From: an uncultured Bacillota bacterium
Lineage (GTDB): Bacteria; Bacillota_I; Bacilli_A; RFN20; CAG-288
DNA: 64,000 nucleotides
Assembly: GCA_949284445.1 (NCBI GenBank)
Contig: CASDVP010000001.1
Span: 17,516-81,515, forward strand
Reading direction: 5' to 3'
The notes below the pieces were generated by a model. It was not told the DNA's origin and did not search any database. It saw nothing but the letters and a program-made list of their open reading frames with translations. Shown here one piece after another: positions 30,859 to 40,651 of the stretch. Position numbers and translations under genes: made by a program. Numbering within the stretch: the first letter of the stretch is position 1; every line of letters begins with the position of its first letter.

Positions 30859-30885
30859 TGTTAAGAATTGTAAAGACATTGTAAA
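30859..30885 (-). promoter_or_regulatory. Pho box (PhoP direct repeats)
   Basis: Minus strand TTTACA-N5-TTTACA-N4-TTAACA upstream of pstS; matches the Bacillus TT(A/T/C)ACA repeat. Confidence 0.75.
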
Positions 30886-31180
30886 TACAAGTGATTTTCA
30901 TCATTGATACCAGAATTTTTGAATAAAGCGCCTAAAAATACTATTAACTGACTATTTTTGTATTTACTGAAGTAGGCGATGCTTCATTAGTAAGCAGATA
31001 TAGAAAATAAAATTATGCCTATTATAGATATGATTCTTTAAATACTGGATGAAGCAGCTTTAACCTGATAGGAATATATAGAAAAAAGTATAAAACCACC
31101 ATTTAAATTTCAGCGATACTTACATACAACGCTTTTGATACATTGCACACCCTTACAATGGTAAAAATGGCAACTTTTTA

Positions 31181-31510
31181 CTATTTTCTTATAAACTTAT
31201 CGTCTGATTTTAATGTATTAACATCATCAACAAATCTCTCTACTTTCATTGATAAATCATATTTATTCCTTAATTCAATTATTTTTTGCATCATTTTTGA
31301 ATTGTGATGAGCGTCTAAAGCTTCTTGATCAACCCATCGATCTATTAAAAGAATGGTTTCAGGATCATTAAAAGAAGTGAAATATTCGTACTTTAGGTTT
31401 CCTTTTTCTTTTCTAATATCATCTACTATTCCTAAAGAAGTCATCTCTTCAGCAAAAGCTTTGGCGGTTCTGTTTTTACCAGTGTAATAGATGTTAATTG
31501 TTATAGGCAT
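31181..31510 (-). CDS. putative quinol monooxygenase (ABM domain)
   Basis: RKEKGNLKYEYF, ILLIDRW, ALDAHH. Confidence 0.85.
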   Translation of the reverse strand: MPITINIYYTGKNRTAKAFAEEMTSLGIVDDIRKEKGNLKYEYFTSFNDPETILLIDRWVDQEALDAHHNSKMMQKIIELRNKYDLSMKVERFVDDVNTLKSDDKFIRK

Positions 31511-31522
31511 AAGTCACCACGT

Positions 31523-32245
31523 TTATAAGTTTAAATATTCTTCATCACTCACTTTTTCCAACCATTCATTAGAGGTGCTTTCACCTGGCACTTCAATTGA
31601 GAGATGAGAGAACCAACTATCTTTAGTTGCTCCGTGCCAATGTTTGATTCCCGGAGCGATATAAACGACATCTCCCGGCATTAATTTTCTAGCTTTCTTT
31701 CCTTCTTCTTGATACCATCCTTCACCATCCGTACAAAGTAAAATTTGACCTCCACCTTTAGATGCTTTATGAATATGCCAATTATTTCTACATCCTGGTT
31801 CAAAAGTCACATTGGCGATGAATACGCCGTCTTTATTAACAGGATTTAAATATGATTGGCCAACAAAATATTTTGCAAAAGCATCATTAGGTTTACCTAA
31901 ACCAAACATCGGTTCTTTACTAATTGTTTCATCTTGATAGACTTCTCTCACCATTGGAAATACTGCCCAAGCATTCGGCCAGCCGACATAAAAAGCGATG
32001 TGGGTAATAATTTCTACCATTTCAATCTTAGTCACACCGTGATTTTTAGCGTTAGTTAAATGATATTTTAAAGAATTATCGGTGATTCCTTTACTGACCA
32101 AAGCAGCCACAGTGATAATGCATCTATCTCTTAGAGATAATTTGTCTACTCTAGACCAAACTTCACCAAATAATACGTCGTCATTTAATTCTGCAAATTT
32201 AGGTGCTAAATCACCTAAGCCTTTTCTTCCTGCTGTTTGTTTCAT
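31523..32245 (-). CDS. carboxymuconolactone decarboxylase-cupin fusion
   Basis: LFGEVWSR...YVGWP (CMD) plus FEPGCRNNWH...KHWHGA (cupin); start 32245 by SD GGAGG. Confidence 0.88.
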   Translation of the reverse strand: MKQTAGRKGLGDLAPKFAELNDDVLFGEVWSRVDKLSLRDRCIITVAALVSKGITDNSLKYHLTNAKNHGVTKIEMVEIITHIAFYVGWPNAWAVFPMVREVYQDETISKEPMFGLGKPNDAFAKYFVGQSYLNPVNKDGVFIANVTFEPGCRNNWHIHKASKGGGQILLCTDGEGWYQEEGKKARKLMPGDVVYIAPGIKHWHGATKDSWFSHLSIEVPGESTSNEWLEKVSDEEYLNL

Positions 32246-32246
32246 T

Positions 32247-32720
32247 TTATTTACCTCCATCAATTATTTTTCTAAAAATAGTTTCATTAATTTCATGATT
32301 TAAAAGTATTCCATCTTCAATCTTGGCGGTTTTATATAAGTTTCTTAGATGATTTGCACTTCCACTTATTGAACTACCACCACTTGTGGCAAAAGGTATT
32401 ATTCTTTTGTCTTCTAAATTAAAGCCATCTAAATAAGTGTCCACAATTCTAGGTTCAACATACCACCAGATAGGATAACCAATAAAAATAACATCATAGG
32501 ATGATAAATCATAAATAGGTTTTTCAATTTGTGATCTAGAATTTTCATCTTTCATTTCGATCGATGAACGAGAATGTTTATTTCTCCAATCTAAATCTTC
32601 ATTAGTATATTTTTGAATTGGTTTAATTTCTTCTAAATCTGCGTGTAATAATTCCGCTAATTTAGAAGCTACTTTTTTAGTAACTCCACTCGCGGAAAAA
32701 TAACTGACTAATATTTTCAT
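32247..32720 (-). CDS. flavodoxin (Flavodoxin_4 type)
   Basis: YFSASGVT, GYPIWW, PFATSGGS. Confidence 0.9.
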   Translation of the reverse strand: MKILVSYFSASGVTKKVASKLAELLHADLEEIKPIQKYTNEDLDWRNKHSRSSIEMKDENSRSQIEKPIYDLSSYDVIFIGYPIWWYVEPRIVDTYLDGFNLEDKRIIPFATSGGSSISGSANHLRNLYKTAKIEDGILLNHEINETIFRKIIDGGK

Positions 32721-32732
32721 TTCAAATCCCTC

Positions 32733-33338
32733 TTAAAAATTAATATTTAAACTATCAATCCAATTATAAACATTTTCTTCACTTATTTCACTTTGTCTAA
32801 ATCTTCTTCCTTCCATCCAAGTGGCTTCTTCGGATAATTTTTTTAAATCATCTACACTAAAATTTGATGAAGATGCTGTAGCAAAAGGAATAATAGTCTT
32901 ATCTGTAAAATCATTTGATAAGACAAAATCGTTTATTACCCAACTCAATTCTCCCCACCAGACAGGAGCGCCAAGGAAGATATATTCAGAATCGACGAAT
33001 TCATCGAAAGCAACATTAACAAGCTCAGTTAAATGATTAGGATCGTTCCTTTCTTGAGACACTCTACTATTACTATCGCTATAATTTAAATCTTCGGAAG
33101 TATATGGATCTACTGGCTCTAACTCATAAATAGGACTATCGATATAATTAGATATGATCTGAGCGACTTCTTCAGTGTTACCTGTAGCCGAGAAATAAAC
33201 GACCATCGCAGTTCCACTTTCAGATGAACTACTTGAATCAGAACCGCCGCTTGTATCGCTACTATCTGAGCTTCCACATGCTGTCAGAACAAGCCCAGAT
33301 GCTACTAAAGATAAAACAAATAAATTCTTAAATTTCAT
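32733..33338 (-). CDS. lipoprotein flavodoxin
   Basis: Lipobox LTAC, Ser-rich linker, YFSATGNT, GAPVWW, PFAT. Confidence 0.85.
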   Translation of the reverse strand: MKFKNLFVLSLVASGLVLTACGSSDSSDTSGGSDSSSSSESGTAMVVYFSATGNTEEVAQIISNYIDSPIYELEPVDPYTSEDLNYSDSNSRVSQERNDPNHLTELVNVAFDEFVDSEYIFLGAPVWWGELSWVINDFVLSNDFTDKTIIPFATASSSNFSVDDLKKLSEEATWMEGRRFRQSEISEENVYNWIDSLNINF

Positions 33339-33353
33339 AATTTTTATTCCTTT

Positions 33354-33884
33354 CTATAAGTTTTTACCTAATTCATATGCTTCTTTTAAATAATGAGGCT
33401 TTATCATGCTTGGATAACCAGCACCTTTAGCCGTCACTCTGCCTACTTCTTCCATTTCTAAATAGGAAGTTAAGATATCAAAATGTGCATTTAGTGCTTT
33501 CATAACTACTTCATCATCATTCCAAGCTGCAGCAATATAGATAACTTTTAAATGTTTTCTAGTTATCGCTCTATTTTTAGCATGGAAACGATCGATTAAC
33601 ATTTTTAACTGTGCTGATACGCCAAAAAAATAAACAGGAGTTACAAAGACGAGGCAATCGCTAGCAAGTATTTTATCTAAGATATCGTTTCCGTCGTCTT
33701 TTTGAACGCATCTTCCGTTCATGCCGCATCTATTGCAACCTAAACATGGGTGCAAGTTAGAATGAGCGATATCGATAACATCAACTTCATGATCTTTTTC
33801 TTTTGCTCCTCTTATCAATTCGCTCGCTATTGTGTTAGTAGTTCCAAAGATATGGGGACTGCCTTTTAAAACTATTATTTTCAT
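33354..33884 (-). CDS. iron-sulfur flavoprotein / NADPH-dependent FMN reductase family
   Basis: GSP, CLGCNRC...C, TPVYF, QLKMLIDR. Confidence 0.88.
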   Translation of the reverse strand: MKIIVLKGSPHIFGTTNTIASELIRGAKEKDHEVDVIDIAHSNLHPCLGCNRCGMNGRCVQKDDGNDILDKILASDCLVFVTPVYFFGVSAQLKMLIDRFHAKNRAITRKHLKVIYIAAAWNDDEVVMKALNAHFDILTSYLEMEEVGRVTAKGAGYPSMIKPHYLKEAYELGKNL

Positions 33885-33910
33885 AATTTATTACCTCCTT
33901 GATATTTCAA

Positions 33911-33972
33911 TTCACCTCGTGTCAATTATATTGTACTTAGCATTTGACACCGTGTCAATAATTGATTATAAT
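33911..33972. promoter_or_regulatory. overlapping divergent sigma-A promoters with palindromic operator(s)
   Basis: TTGACAC-C-GTGTCAA (33944-33958) plus imperfect copy at 33911-33925; plus strand TTGACA-N17-TATAAT; minus strand TTGACA-N17-TACAAT. Confidence 0.8.
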
Positions 33973-34003
33973 TTTGTTGCGAAAATTAAAAAAGGTGATA
34001 AAT

Positions 34004-34612
34004 ATGTACTTAAGAGCTAGAACAAAAGAACAATTTGATGAGAGAAAAAAAGAGATAATGAATGCAATGGATTCTTTATATTTAAATAAGGAATTAAATT
34101 CGATTTATCTAAAAGATATCTCTGAAATGACACATATTACTAGAACAGCCATTTATTTTTATTACAAGAGCAAGGAAGAAATTCTTTTAGATTCCTTATA
34201 CAACCATTTCATTGAACTAGATAATGGGCTAGAATCACTGGCTGAGAAAGCATTTACTAAAGACGAAATAATCAATTCCATAGCTGAATTATTAGAAAAA
34301 AACATCATCATTTTAAAAACAATGTCTTGTAACCTTGAGGATATTGAAAGATCAACTACTTTAGAAAATTTAATTGTTTTAAAAAAAGAGCTAAAAAGAT
34401 TTCAAACTTTATTTAAAAGACTTATCCAGAAGTGTAAATGCAAGAATGATGAAAATATAGTCACCGCTTCGTTTATCACTATGATGTATGGATACTATCC
34501 TATAGCTTACCCAATCGAGGTTCAAAAAGAAGCAATGAAACAAACTGGCACTACAATCGGTTTATCATTAAAAGAAATCATAACTGAATCATTAAAACTT
34601 CTATTAAAATAA
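34004..34612 (+). CDS. TetR/AcrR family regulator
   Basis: HTH with RTAIYFYYKSKEEI; start 34004 by SD AAAGGTG; divergent from the flavodoxin operon. Confidence 0.9.
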   Translation: MYLRARTKEQFDERKKEIMNAMDSLYLNKELNSIYLKDISEMTHITRTAIYFYYKSKEEILLDSLYNHFIELDNGLESLAEKAFTKDEIINSIAELLEKNIIILKTMSCNLEDIERSTTLENLIVLKKELKRFQTLFKRLIQKCKCKNDENIVTASFITMMYGYYPIAYPIEVQKEAMKQTGTTIGLSLKEIITESLKLLLK

Positions 34613-34774
34613 AAAGTCTTACAATTCATCAGACCTAATCTGTGTTTGGCTTTTAGCCGCATGATTCATCATTAAAAATTGATTTTCTACAAACAAATTC
34701 ACCTGACAATCAAATGATTATGTCACGAAAATGCGTTAAACTTTTCCCATTTTTATAACAGATTAAGAAAGCGA

Positions 34775-35885
34775 TCAGTTTTGAAGATTTATATTTTTTT
34801 CATTATTGGTGGTTTGCCAATAGCCATTTTTATTAGACCCAACACGAATAACTAAGCCATTTGATATCAAATTATTAATGGCTCTTTGAACGGTCTTTTC
34901 AGATTTATCGACTTCTTGTGCAATTTCATTTTTAGAAATACCGATTTTAGCCGCTATCAAAGAATAAATTTGTTTTTCGGTATCAGAAAGTTTCTGATCC
35001 GCTTGTGTCACTCTGCTATTTTTTCTTAGAAATTCAAAGAAGAACCCATAACCTTCTTTTCTAAATGTCCAATTGACATTTTGTTCTTTGCATATTTCAT
35101 CAACTCTTTGAAATCCTGTGCCAGATTTTTCAACATCTTTACTTCTAAACAATACATCTAATATCAATCGGTTCCTTTTATAAGAAGGTAAATTTTTATT
35201 TATAAAATCATATGGTGTTAAATCCTCTGGAAAAGTACCTGGATTATAAATTTCAACTTTGCTTGGATGAATGCCTATTTCTATGTCTGGAATCACATCA
35301 TATGAAGCGTGGGCAAAAGCATTTACAACAATCTCTCTTATTGCTTTAATCGGTATTTCTGGTATCTCTTCTCTCTTTCTTTTATTAATTTTAGAAGCCC
35401 AAGAAATATTGTTTAAAATATAATTGATAGCTTTATCTATTAAGTTATAAATATTTCCAGTGATCAGTTTTAAATCTGTAAAAGATACTTTATTATCTGT
35501 TGCATAAGTTGCTAATTTCAATCCTATTTTTGCATCTTTTCCAAATAATGCATAGCATCCATTTTTTAACTGATTATTTTTAACTAACTCTAAAGCAGAG
35601 AGCAATTTCTCCTTATCAAATTTCTTCATTTCTAAACGCCCACAATTAACAGCGCTGTTATAGAAATCAAATAAAGCATCATCGTCGATATCATTGCTAG
35701 TATATGTCGTAAGTTCTTCTTCCCATTTAGATGAATAATCATCATTTTGTATCAAACACTTCAAATCATAATTAGACATTTTTCTATTTTCAGTGCCAAC
35801 ACGAATCAAGTATCTTCCATTAACAGAATATGGACGTGTATGGCCAGAAAAACTGATTTTAATAATTTCCTTGCCTTCTTTTGCA
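34775..35885 (-). pseudogene. 5'-truncated AlbA_2/HATPase_c_4/wHTH protein
   Basis: Only the end of the AlbA_2 domain is left (RPYS...RVGTENRKM), then REIVVNAFAH, EKSGTG and wHTH RVGSNKNGYW; the ORF N-terminus is unrelated sequence with no SD. Confidence 0.7.
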
Positions 35886-35898
35886 ATAAAAGCTAAAA

Positions 35899-35936
35899 AA
35901 ATGTCCAGATAAATGTTCAGATAAATGTCCAGATAA
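35899..35936. repeat. 3 x 12-bp tandem repeat (AAATGTYCAGAT)
   Basis: Read directly at the truncation point of the preceding gene. Confidence 0.9.
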
Positions 35937-36085
35937 GTTTTACATTTAGCAAGTTCATTATTTTGGTTTTCTACTAAAAAACAAACATATATTGCAAAAT
36001 AAAGCACATCGCTAGATAGTGAAGTAAATTTATATATAAAATGTTATAATTTCATTATTACGTTTGACATAAAGAGGTGATGTTG

Positions 36086-36712
36086 ATGAGAGAAACTTTA
36101 GAGCAGTTATCTCAGTTGATAAAAGAAAAATATGGTTTAGAAACTATAAATGAAGACATGATCTTTGATACAAAAGAAGTTGAGAATCTATCATTCCTCA
36201 AAGATTTAAATCTTTCAAATGAAACTTTGAAAAGATGTCAATCAGACTATTGTTTTTTATTTCCGTATATAAAAGATAAAAAGATCACTTTTTCTTTATC
36301 TTCTAGGCTAGGAAGAAATATTTTTTTAATCGATAGATTACCTCAGTCACACTTCGATACACTTTCACCATATCACATTCAGCAATATGAAGATAAAATC
36401 ACTGAAGAAGCTAACCAAATCCGATTAGATTCAAAACACTTACCGCTTTTATTCGATTTCTTTCATCAGCGGATTGAAAAAATGCAGTTGCTCGATTTCT
36501 TACAAAATGAATCAGTTTTAAAATCTTCTGATTTTAAATTCTATGAAGTGCTCTTATTAACTGGGAATGAAAAAGAAAATAGATTATTTTCAGATTTTAT
36601 TTATATAACTAAAAAAATATTCAAAGACTATGTGAGAAATTTAGGAGCTATTGCTGAAGATGATTATAAGTTATTATCACCGATAAGGATGGAATGGACA
36701 GATGAAAGATAA
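36086..36712 (+). CDS. hypothetical protein
   Basis: SD GAGGTG 36074-36079 favours ATG 36086; TGnTATAAT upstream. Confidence 0.65.
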   Translation: MRETLEQLSQLIKEKYGLETINEDMIFDTKEVENLSFLKDLNLSNETLKRCQSDYCFLFPYIKDKKITFSLSSRLGRNIFLIDRLPQSHFDTLSPYHIQQYEDKITEEANQIRLDSKHLPLLFDFFHQRIEKMQLLDFLQNESVLKSSDFKFYEVLLLTGNEKENRLFSDFIYITKKIFKDYVRNLGAIAEDDYKLLSPIRMEWTDER

Positions 36713-37208
36713 AATCAATTTATATTTAAGTCGTGCTAAAGATAAGAAACGTTTCCTCGGTTATCTGAATCTAATCTTTTCTTTATGCCTGATTTTCCTC
36801 TTTTTTGTGCCTGTGTTCTGCACCTTTGTTCAAGGTGAAAAAGAGAGCATACTCGGTTATTATTCTTTCGGTCTTATCAATGATAACTTTGATATTATTC
36901 ACTATGCAATCTCTTTATTGATCATATCTATAATATTGTCTTTTTGCCTCTTTCTATCTAGCCTTGTAACAATCTTTATCGATGAGACAAATTTAGCAAA
37001 AGCTAAAAACTCTAGTCTGATCGTTTTAGTATTAAAAGCGATCGTGGATATCATCATATTGATCTTAACCGACCAAACAAAAACTAATATTCAGTTGGAT
37101 TGGGGTGGATATATCTTGCCAGCAATCGATATTGTTTTATTTGGAATAAGTCTTTATTTCAAAATTAACGACAAGAAAAATAAAGCTATCGTCGAAGAAC
37201 AACAATAA
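36702..37208 (+). CDS. 4-TM membrane protein
   Basis: Four hydrophobic segments; overlaps the upstream gene. Confidence 0.7.
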   Translation: MKDKINLYLSRAKDKKRFLGYLNLIFSLCLIFLFFVPVFCTFVQGEKESILGYYSFGLINDNFDIIHYAISLLIISIILSFCLFLSSLVTIFIDETNLAKAKNSSLIVLVLKAIVDIIILILTDQTKTNIQLDWGGYILPAIDIVLFGISLYFKINDKKNKAIVEEQQ

Positions 37209-37209
37209 A

Positions 37210-38844
37210 TTATTTTATTTTATAAATTCTAGATTCATAAGGTCTTAAGTATTCATTAATATCTGAATAATTGCTTAAAACCAACTCTCTATCAATCAAG
37301 TTAAATTTTTTCGGTATTTTACGTTTTTTATCACTCATATTAAGAACTATCAGCAATTTAGAATTATCAGCATATCTTTCATAAATGAAAAGGTTTTTAT
37401 TTGTTTTATAAAATTTGATATCTCCGCGTCCTAGCACAGGATATTCTCTTCTAAACGCATTGAGCTTTTTAATATAGTTCAATGGTGAATCCGGATCTTT
37501 CATCAAAGTTACTGCATTTAACTTATCGCTTTCTTCATAATACTTCTGCCATGGCTTAACCGTTGGCTTTGAAAAGCCATAACCATCAGTATTATCAAAC
37601 GGAAAAGGATATCGAGCGTCATCTCTTCCGAAATGTCTTGCGATCTTCCAGGCGATTTTTTTAGGTAAGAATTTACTAACAAGCTTATAAAGAAATTCAC
37701 TGACGATATCATGAGAGTCCTCAATATTTAAATTTTTATAATCAGTCAATCCTAACTCTTGTCCCATATAAATAAAACAAGCACCTTTAAGAGTATAAAG
37801 CATGGTTAAAAGCATTTTACTACCGCTTTGTGGATACCTATCCGCTCTCACATATTTGCCGACAGCACGATGCTGATCATGATTTTCTAAATAGTTACCG
37901 TTATAACTGACTTTATTTTGCCATTCGATGATCGTGTTTTTTATTTTTTTAGTATTGGGTTTAGAAGACAAAAGTCCATTAGCAAAAGCGATATCAAAAT
38001 TAAATATCGTATTGAGCTCATCATCTAAGAAGGCTTCTCCTTGATCAGAAGTTATACCATAACATTCACCGATCAAAATAGCTTCGTCTCTTTTAGATAT
38101 CACATCTTTATTCAATTTCTTTAAAACTTTATGACAGCCATCAGTCGCAACAAAATGTTCACAACCGATCGGTTTAGAAAGCGATTTTCTTTTTCCATCA
38201 GCTAAGCTTTCTTTATAGATTTCAGAAATGACATCACAGCGAAAACCATAAACACCTTTATCTAGCCAAAATTTCATGATATCTTCAACTTCTTGAATGA
38301 CTTGTGGATTATGAAAATCTAAATCCGGTTGTCCTTCAGAATAGAGATGAAGATAAAACATTCCAGGCTCATTTGGTAATTCAGTCCAAGCAGAGCCAGT
38401 GAAAGTAGTCGTCCAATTATTTGGTGGTAAGCGATGATTTTTACCTTTTCCTTGACGGAAATAATAATATTTTCGATATGGGGATTCAGGATCCTTTAAA
38501 GCCTCTTGAAACCATCGGTGCTTTGAAGAAGTATGATTGATGACTAAATCCATAATGATTTTAATCCCTCTTTTATCAGCTTCTTTGATCAATAGATCAA
38601 AATCATCCATGGTTCCAAACATAGGATTGATATTTTTATAATCGCTGATATCATAACCCATGTCTAACATCGGAGATGAATAAATAGGCGAAAGCCAAAC
38701 CAATTTAAATCCTAAGTCAGCGATGTAATCAAGCCGCGAGATGATACCTTTTAAATCACCTTTGCCATCACCATCACTATCTTTGAATGATATCGGGTAA
38801 ATCTGATAAACAGCGTTATCTTTTAATAATCCTGTTTTATTCAT
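37210..38844 (-). CDS. GH13 alpha-glucosidase / oligo-1,6-glucosidase
   Basis: YQIYPISF, DLVINH, QPDL, GFRCD nucleophile, GE acid/base, ENHD. Confidence 0.9.
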   Translation of the reverse strand: MNKTGLLKDNAVYQIYPISFKDSDGDGKGDLKGIISRLDYIADLGFKLVWLSPIYSSPMLDMGYDISDYKNINPMFGTMDDFDLLIKEADKRGIKIIMDLVINHTSSKHRWFQEALKDPESPYRKYYYFRQGKGKNHRLPPNNWTTTFTGSAWTELPNEPGMFYLHLYSEGQPDLDFHNPQVIQEVEDIMKFWLDKGVYGFRCDVISEIYKESLADGKRKSLSKPIGCEHFVATDGCHKVLKKLNKDVISKRDEAILIGECYGITSDQGEAFLDDELNTIFNFDIAFANGLLSSKPNTKKIKNTIIEWQNKVSYNGNYLENHDQHRAVGKYVRADRYPQSGSKMLLTMLYTLKGACFIYMGQELGLTDYKNLNIEDSHDIVSEFLYKLVSKFLPKKIAWKIARHFGRDDARYPFPFDNTDGYGFSKPTVKPWQKYYEESDKLNAVTLMKDPDSPLNYIKKLNAFRREYPVLGRGDIKFYKTNKNLFIYERYADNSKLLIVLNMSDKKRKIPKKFNLIDRELVLSNYSDINEYLRPYESRIYKIK

Positions 38845-38859
38845 AAGTAGAAAATAAAA

Positions 38860-38881
38860 ACTGCTTCGCAAAGGAAGCAGT
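38860..38881 (-). terminator. intrinsic terminator after the lipoprotein gene
   Basis: ACTGCTTC/GAAGCAGT stem with a T-run on the minus strand. Confidence 0.7.
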
Positions 38882-38891
38882 CAATATCTAT

Positions 38892-39482
38892 TTATTCAGC
38901 AACAGCTTTTGTAGGGAAAGAATATTCAGTTGAAGTCACAATAGTAGCACTGGCTTGTTTTTCCTCGTTTTCCATTTTAAGCACAAGAGTGACATCGGTT
39001 GTAAATGGTAAGCCTTCAGAAGTATAAACATATTCAGTGTGAGTGGATGCTTCTAATGAAATTTCAGTATCAGGAATTGCTACGGTTTGAGTCAAATCGG
39101 TGGTAACACCTAATTCAATACCGTTATTTAAATAGTATTTAACATCTGACCCACTAGGTGCGGTAGCAGATAATGTCTCTAAATCTACTCTGCTTAAAAC
39201 AACTGGTTGAACATCTTCAGTGACAACCTGAGGTTTATCAATATTGTAGTTGAGCTGTTTTAAAATATCTTTAAGTTCATCAGAAACTTTTTTAACTTCG
39301 ATAGTGCTAGTAGCAGTACCAAGATCATATTTATCTGCTGTAGTAGGTACAAAATTCTTTTCAACAAATTCAGACGCTTCTACTAAACTGATCTGTTCGC
39401 CTAAATAAGAACAACTTGATACTAATCCTAAGAAACCTAATGAGATGATTCCAGTAGTAAAGTATTTCTTAATATTGCGCAT
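38892..39482 (-). CDS. Thr-rich lipoprotein, function unknown
   Basis: Signal peptide with lipobox VSSC; start reassigned to ATG 39482. Confidence 0.7.
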   Translation of the reverse strand: MRNIKKYFTTGIISLGFLGLVSSCSYLGEQISLVEASEFVEKNFVPTTADKYDLGTATSTIEVKKVSDELKDILKQLNYNIDKPQVVTEDVQPVVLSRVDLETLSATAPSGSDVKYYLNNGIELGVTTDLTQTVAIPDTEISLEASTHTEYVYTSEGLPFTTDVTLVLKMENEEKQASATIVTSTEYSFPTKAVAE

Positions 39483-39553
39483 AATGAACCCCTTTCCAAT
39501 TGTCATTAGTTAAGAACACTAATTATTATATATATTACTAAAAAAGAAATCGA

Positions 39554-40384
39554 CTAAAAACAAACAATTAATCCACCAGGCATCGCATAATAAGAACAAA
39601 GAGCTTGATTTTCTCTGATAGTCACTGAATCAAATTGATATCTATTTTCGATAGCCTGTTTAACTTTGTCAGCATCTTCAGAAGCTTGAGTATGGGAAAT
39701 GATACATTTCTTGTGCAAGGTTGTTGATGTGAATTCGCTGATATCATCGATCAACTTTTCAATCGCTTTTTTGATGGTTCGGCATTTATCTTTGATTTTG
39801 ATCTCACCATCCACACCATAAAGAACTGGTTTGATATGTAGTGTGGATGCGATAAAGCCGATGATTTTATTGATACGACCATTCTTAATAAAAACATCAA
39901 AATGAGATAAGATGAATAAAAGTTTCATCTGATCACGATATTTAGTGAGTTCTTTCTGTATCTCTTCAAAAGATTTATTCGCTTTTATTAATGAATAAGC
40001 TTCATTAGTCATCAATTCCATTGTGCCAGCGACAAGTTTAGAATCAATGACAAAAACATCTTCGGGATTGCTATAGAGATTTTTAGCGATATTTGCTGAA
40101 TTATATGAGCCGGAAAGCTTTTGAGCAATGGTGATGATGATATATTTATCAGCACCTGTCATACGCGATAAAAAATCGTTCGGAGAAGGGCAAGAAGATG
40201 ATGAAACAGATTTGCTTTGCATCACCTTTTTAAGCATCTCATCAATAGAGCAATGCCCATCATCAACATATTGTTTGTTATCTACAATAACAGTCAAAGG
40301 AGCTACATCAAATCCTACTTCAGGATCAGTGATATAGCCGGGATGTAAATTAGATGAACTATCGACAATAATTTTATATTTCAT
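39554..40384 (-). CDS. DegV/FakB fatty-acid-binding protein
   Basis: IIVDSS, SCPSP, LSGSYNSA, IDSK, KNGRI, IKPVL. Confidence 0.9.
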   Translation of the reverse strand: MKYKIIVDSSSNLHPGYITDPEVGFDVAPLTVIVDNKQYVDDGHCSIDEMLKKVMQSKSVSSSSCPSPNDFLSRMTGADKYIIITIAQKLSGSYNSANIAKNLYSNPEDVFVIDSKLVAGTMELMTNEAYSLIKANKSFEEIQKELTKYRDQMKLLFILSHFDVFIKNGRINKIIGFIASTLHIKPVLYGVDGEIKIKDKCRTIKKAIEKLIDDISEFTSTTLHKKCIISHTQASEDADKVKQAIENRYQFDSVTIRENQALCSYYAMPGGLIVCF

Positions 40385-40651
40385 TTTTTTAATTTTCTCC
40401 TCATTAGTGGGTTGCAGATTATTGTAGTTAATTTGTGTGGCTATAACAAGTTTTATATAACGCGATTATTTGCTTGAAATTTACAAACAAACATTTCTGT
40501 TTTTGTGATTCGATTGTTTGCTTTTTCACTTTCAATGTTCTTAGATTACTGCACAACACAGGTTATCGATAAAAATAAAGACTAGATAATTATTTATAAA
40601 TATATTAATATAAATGCTTGCTGGTGTGCATTTTATTCAAGGAGAATCCAT

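Noticed and set aside
31100-31175. Possible decayed Fic motif (ISAILTYNAFDTL then HPYNGKNG after a frameshift)
   Set aside because: Needs a frameshift and several substitutions; too short to support without tblastn
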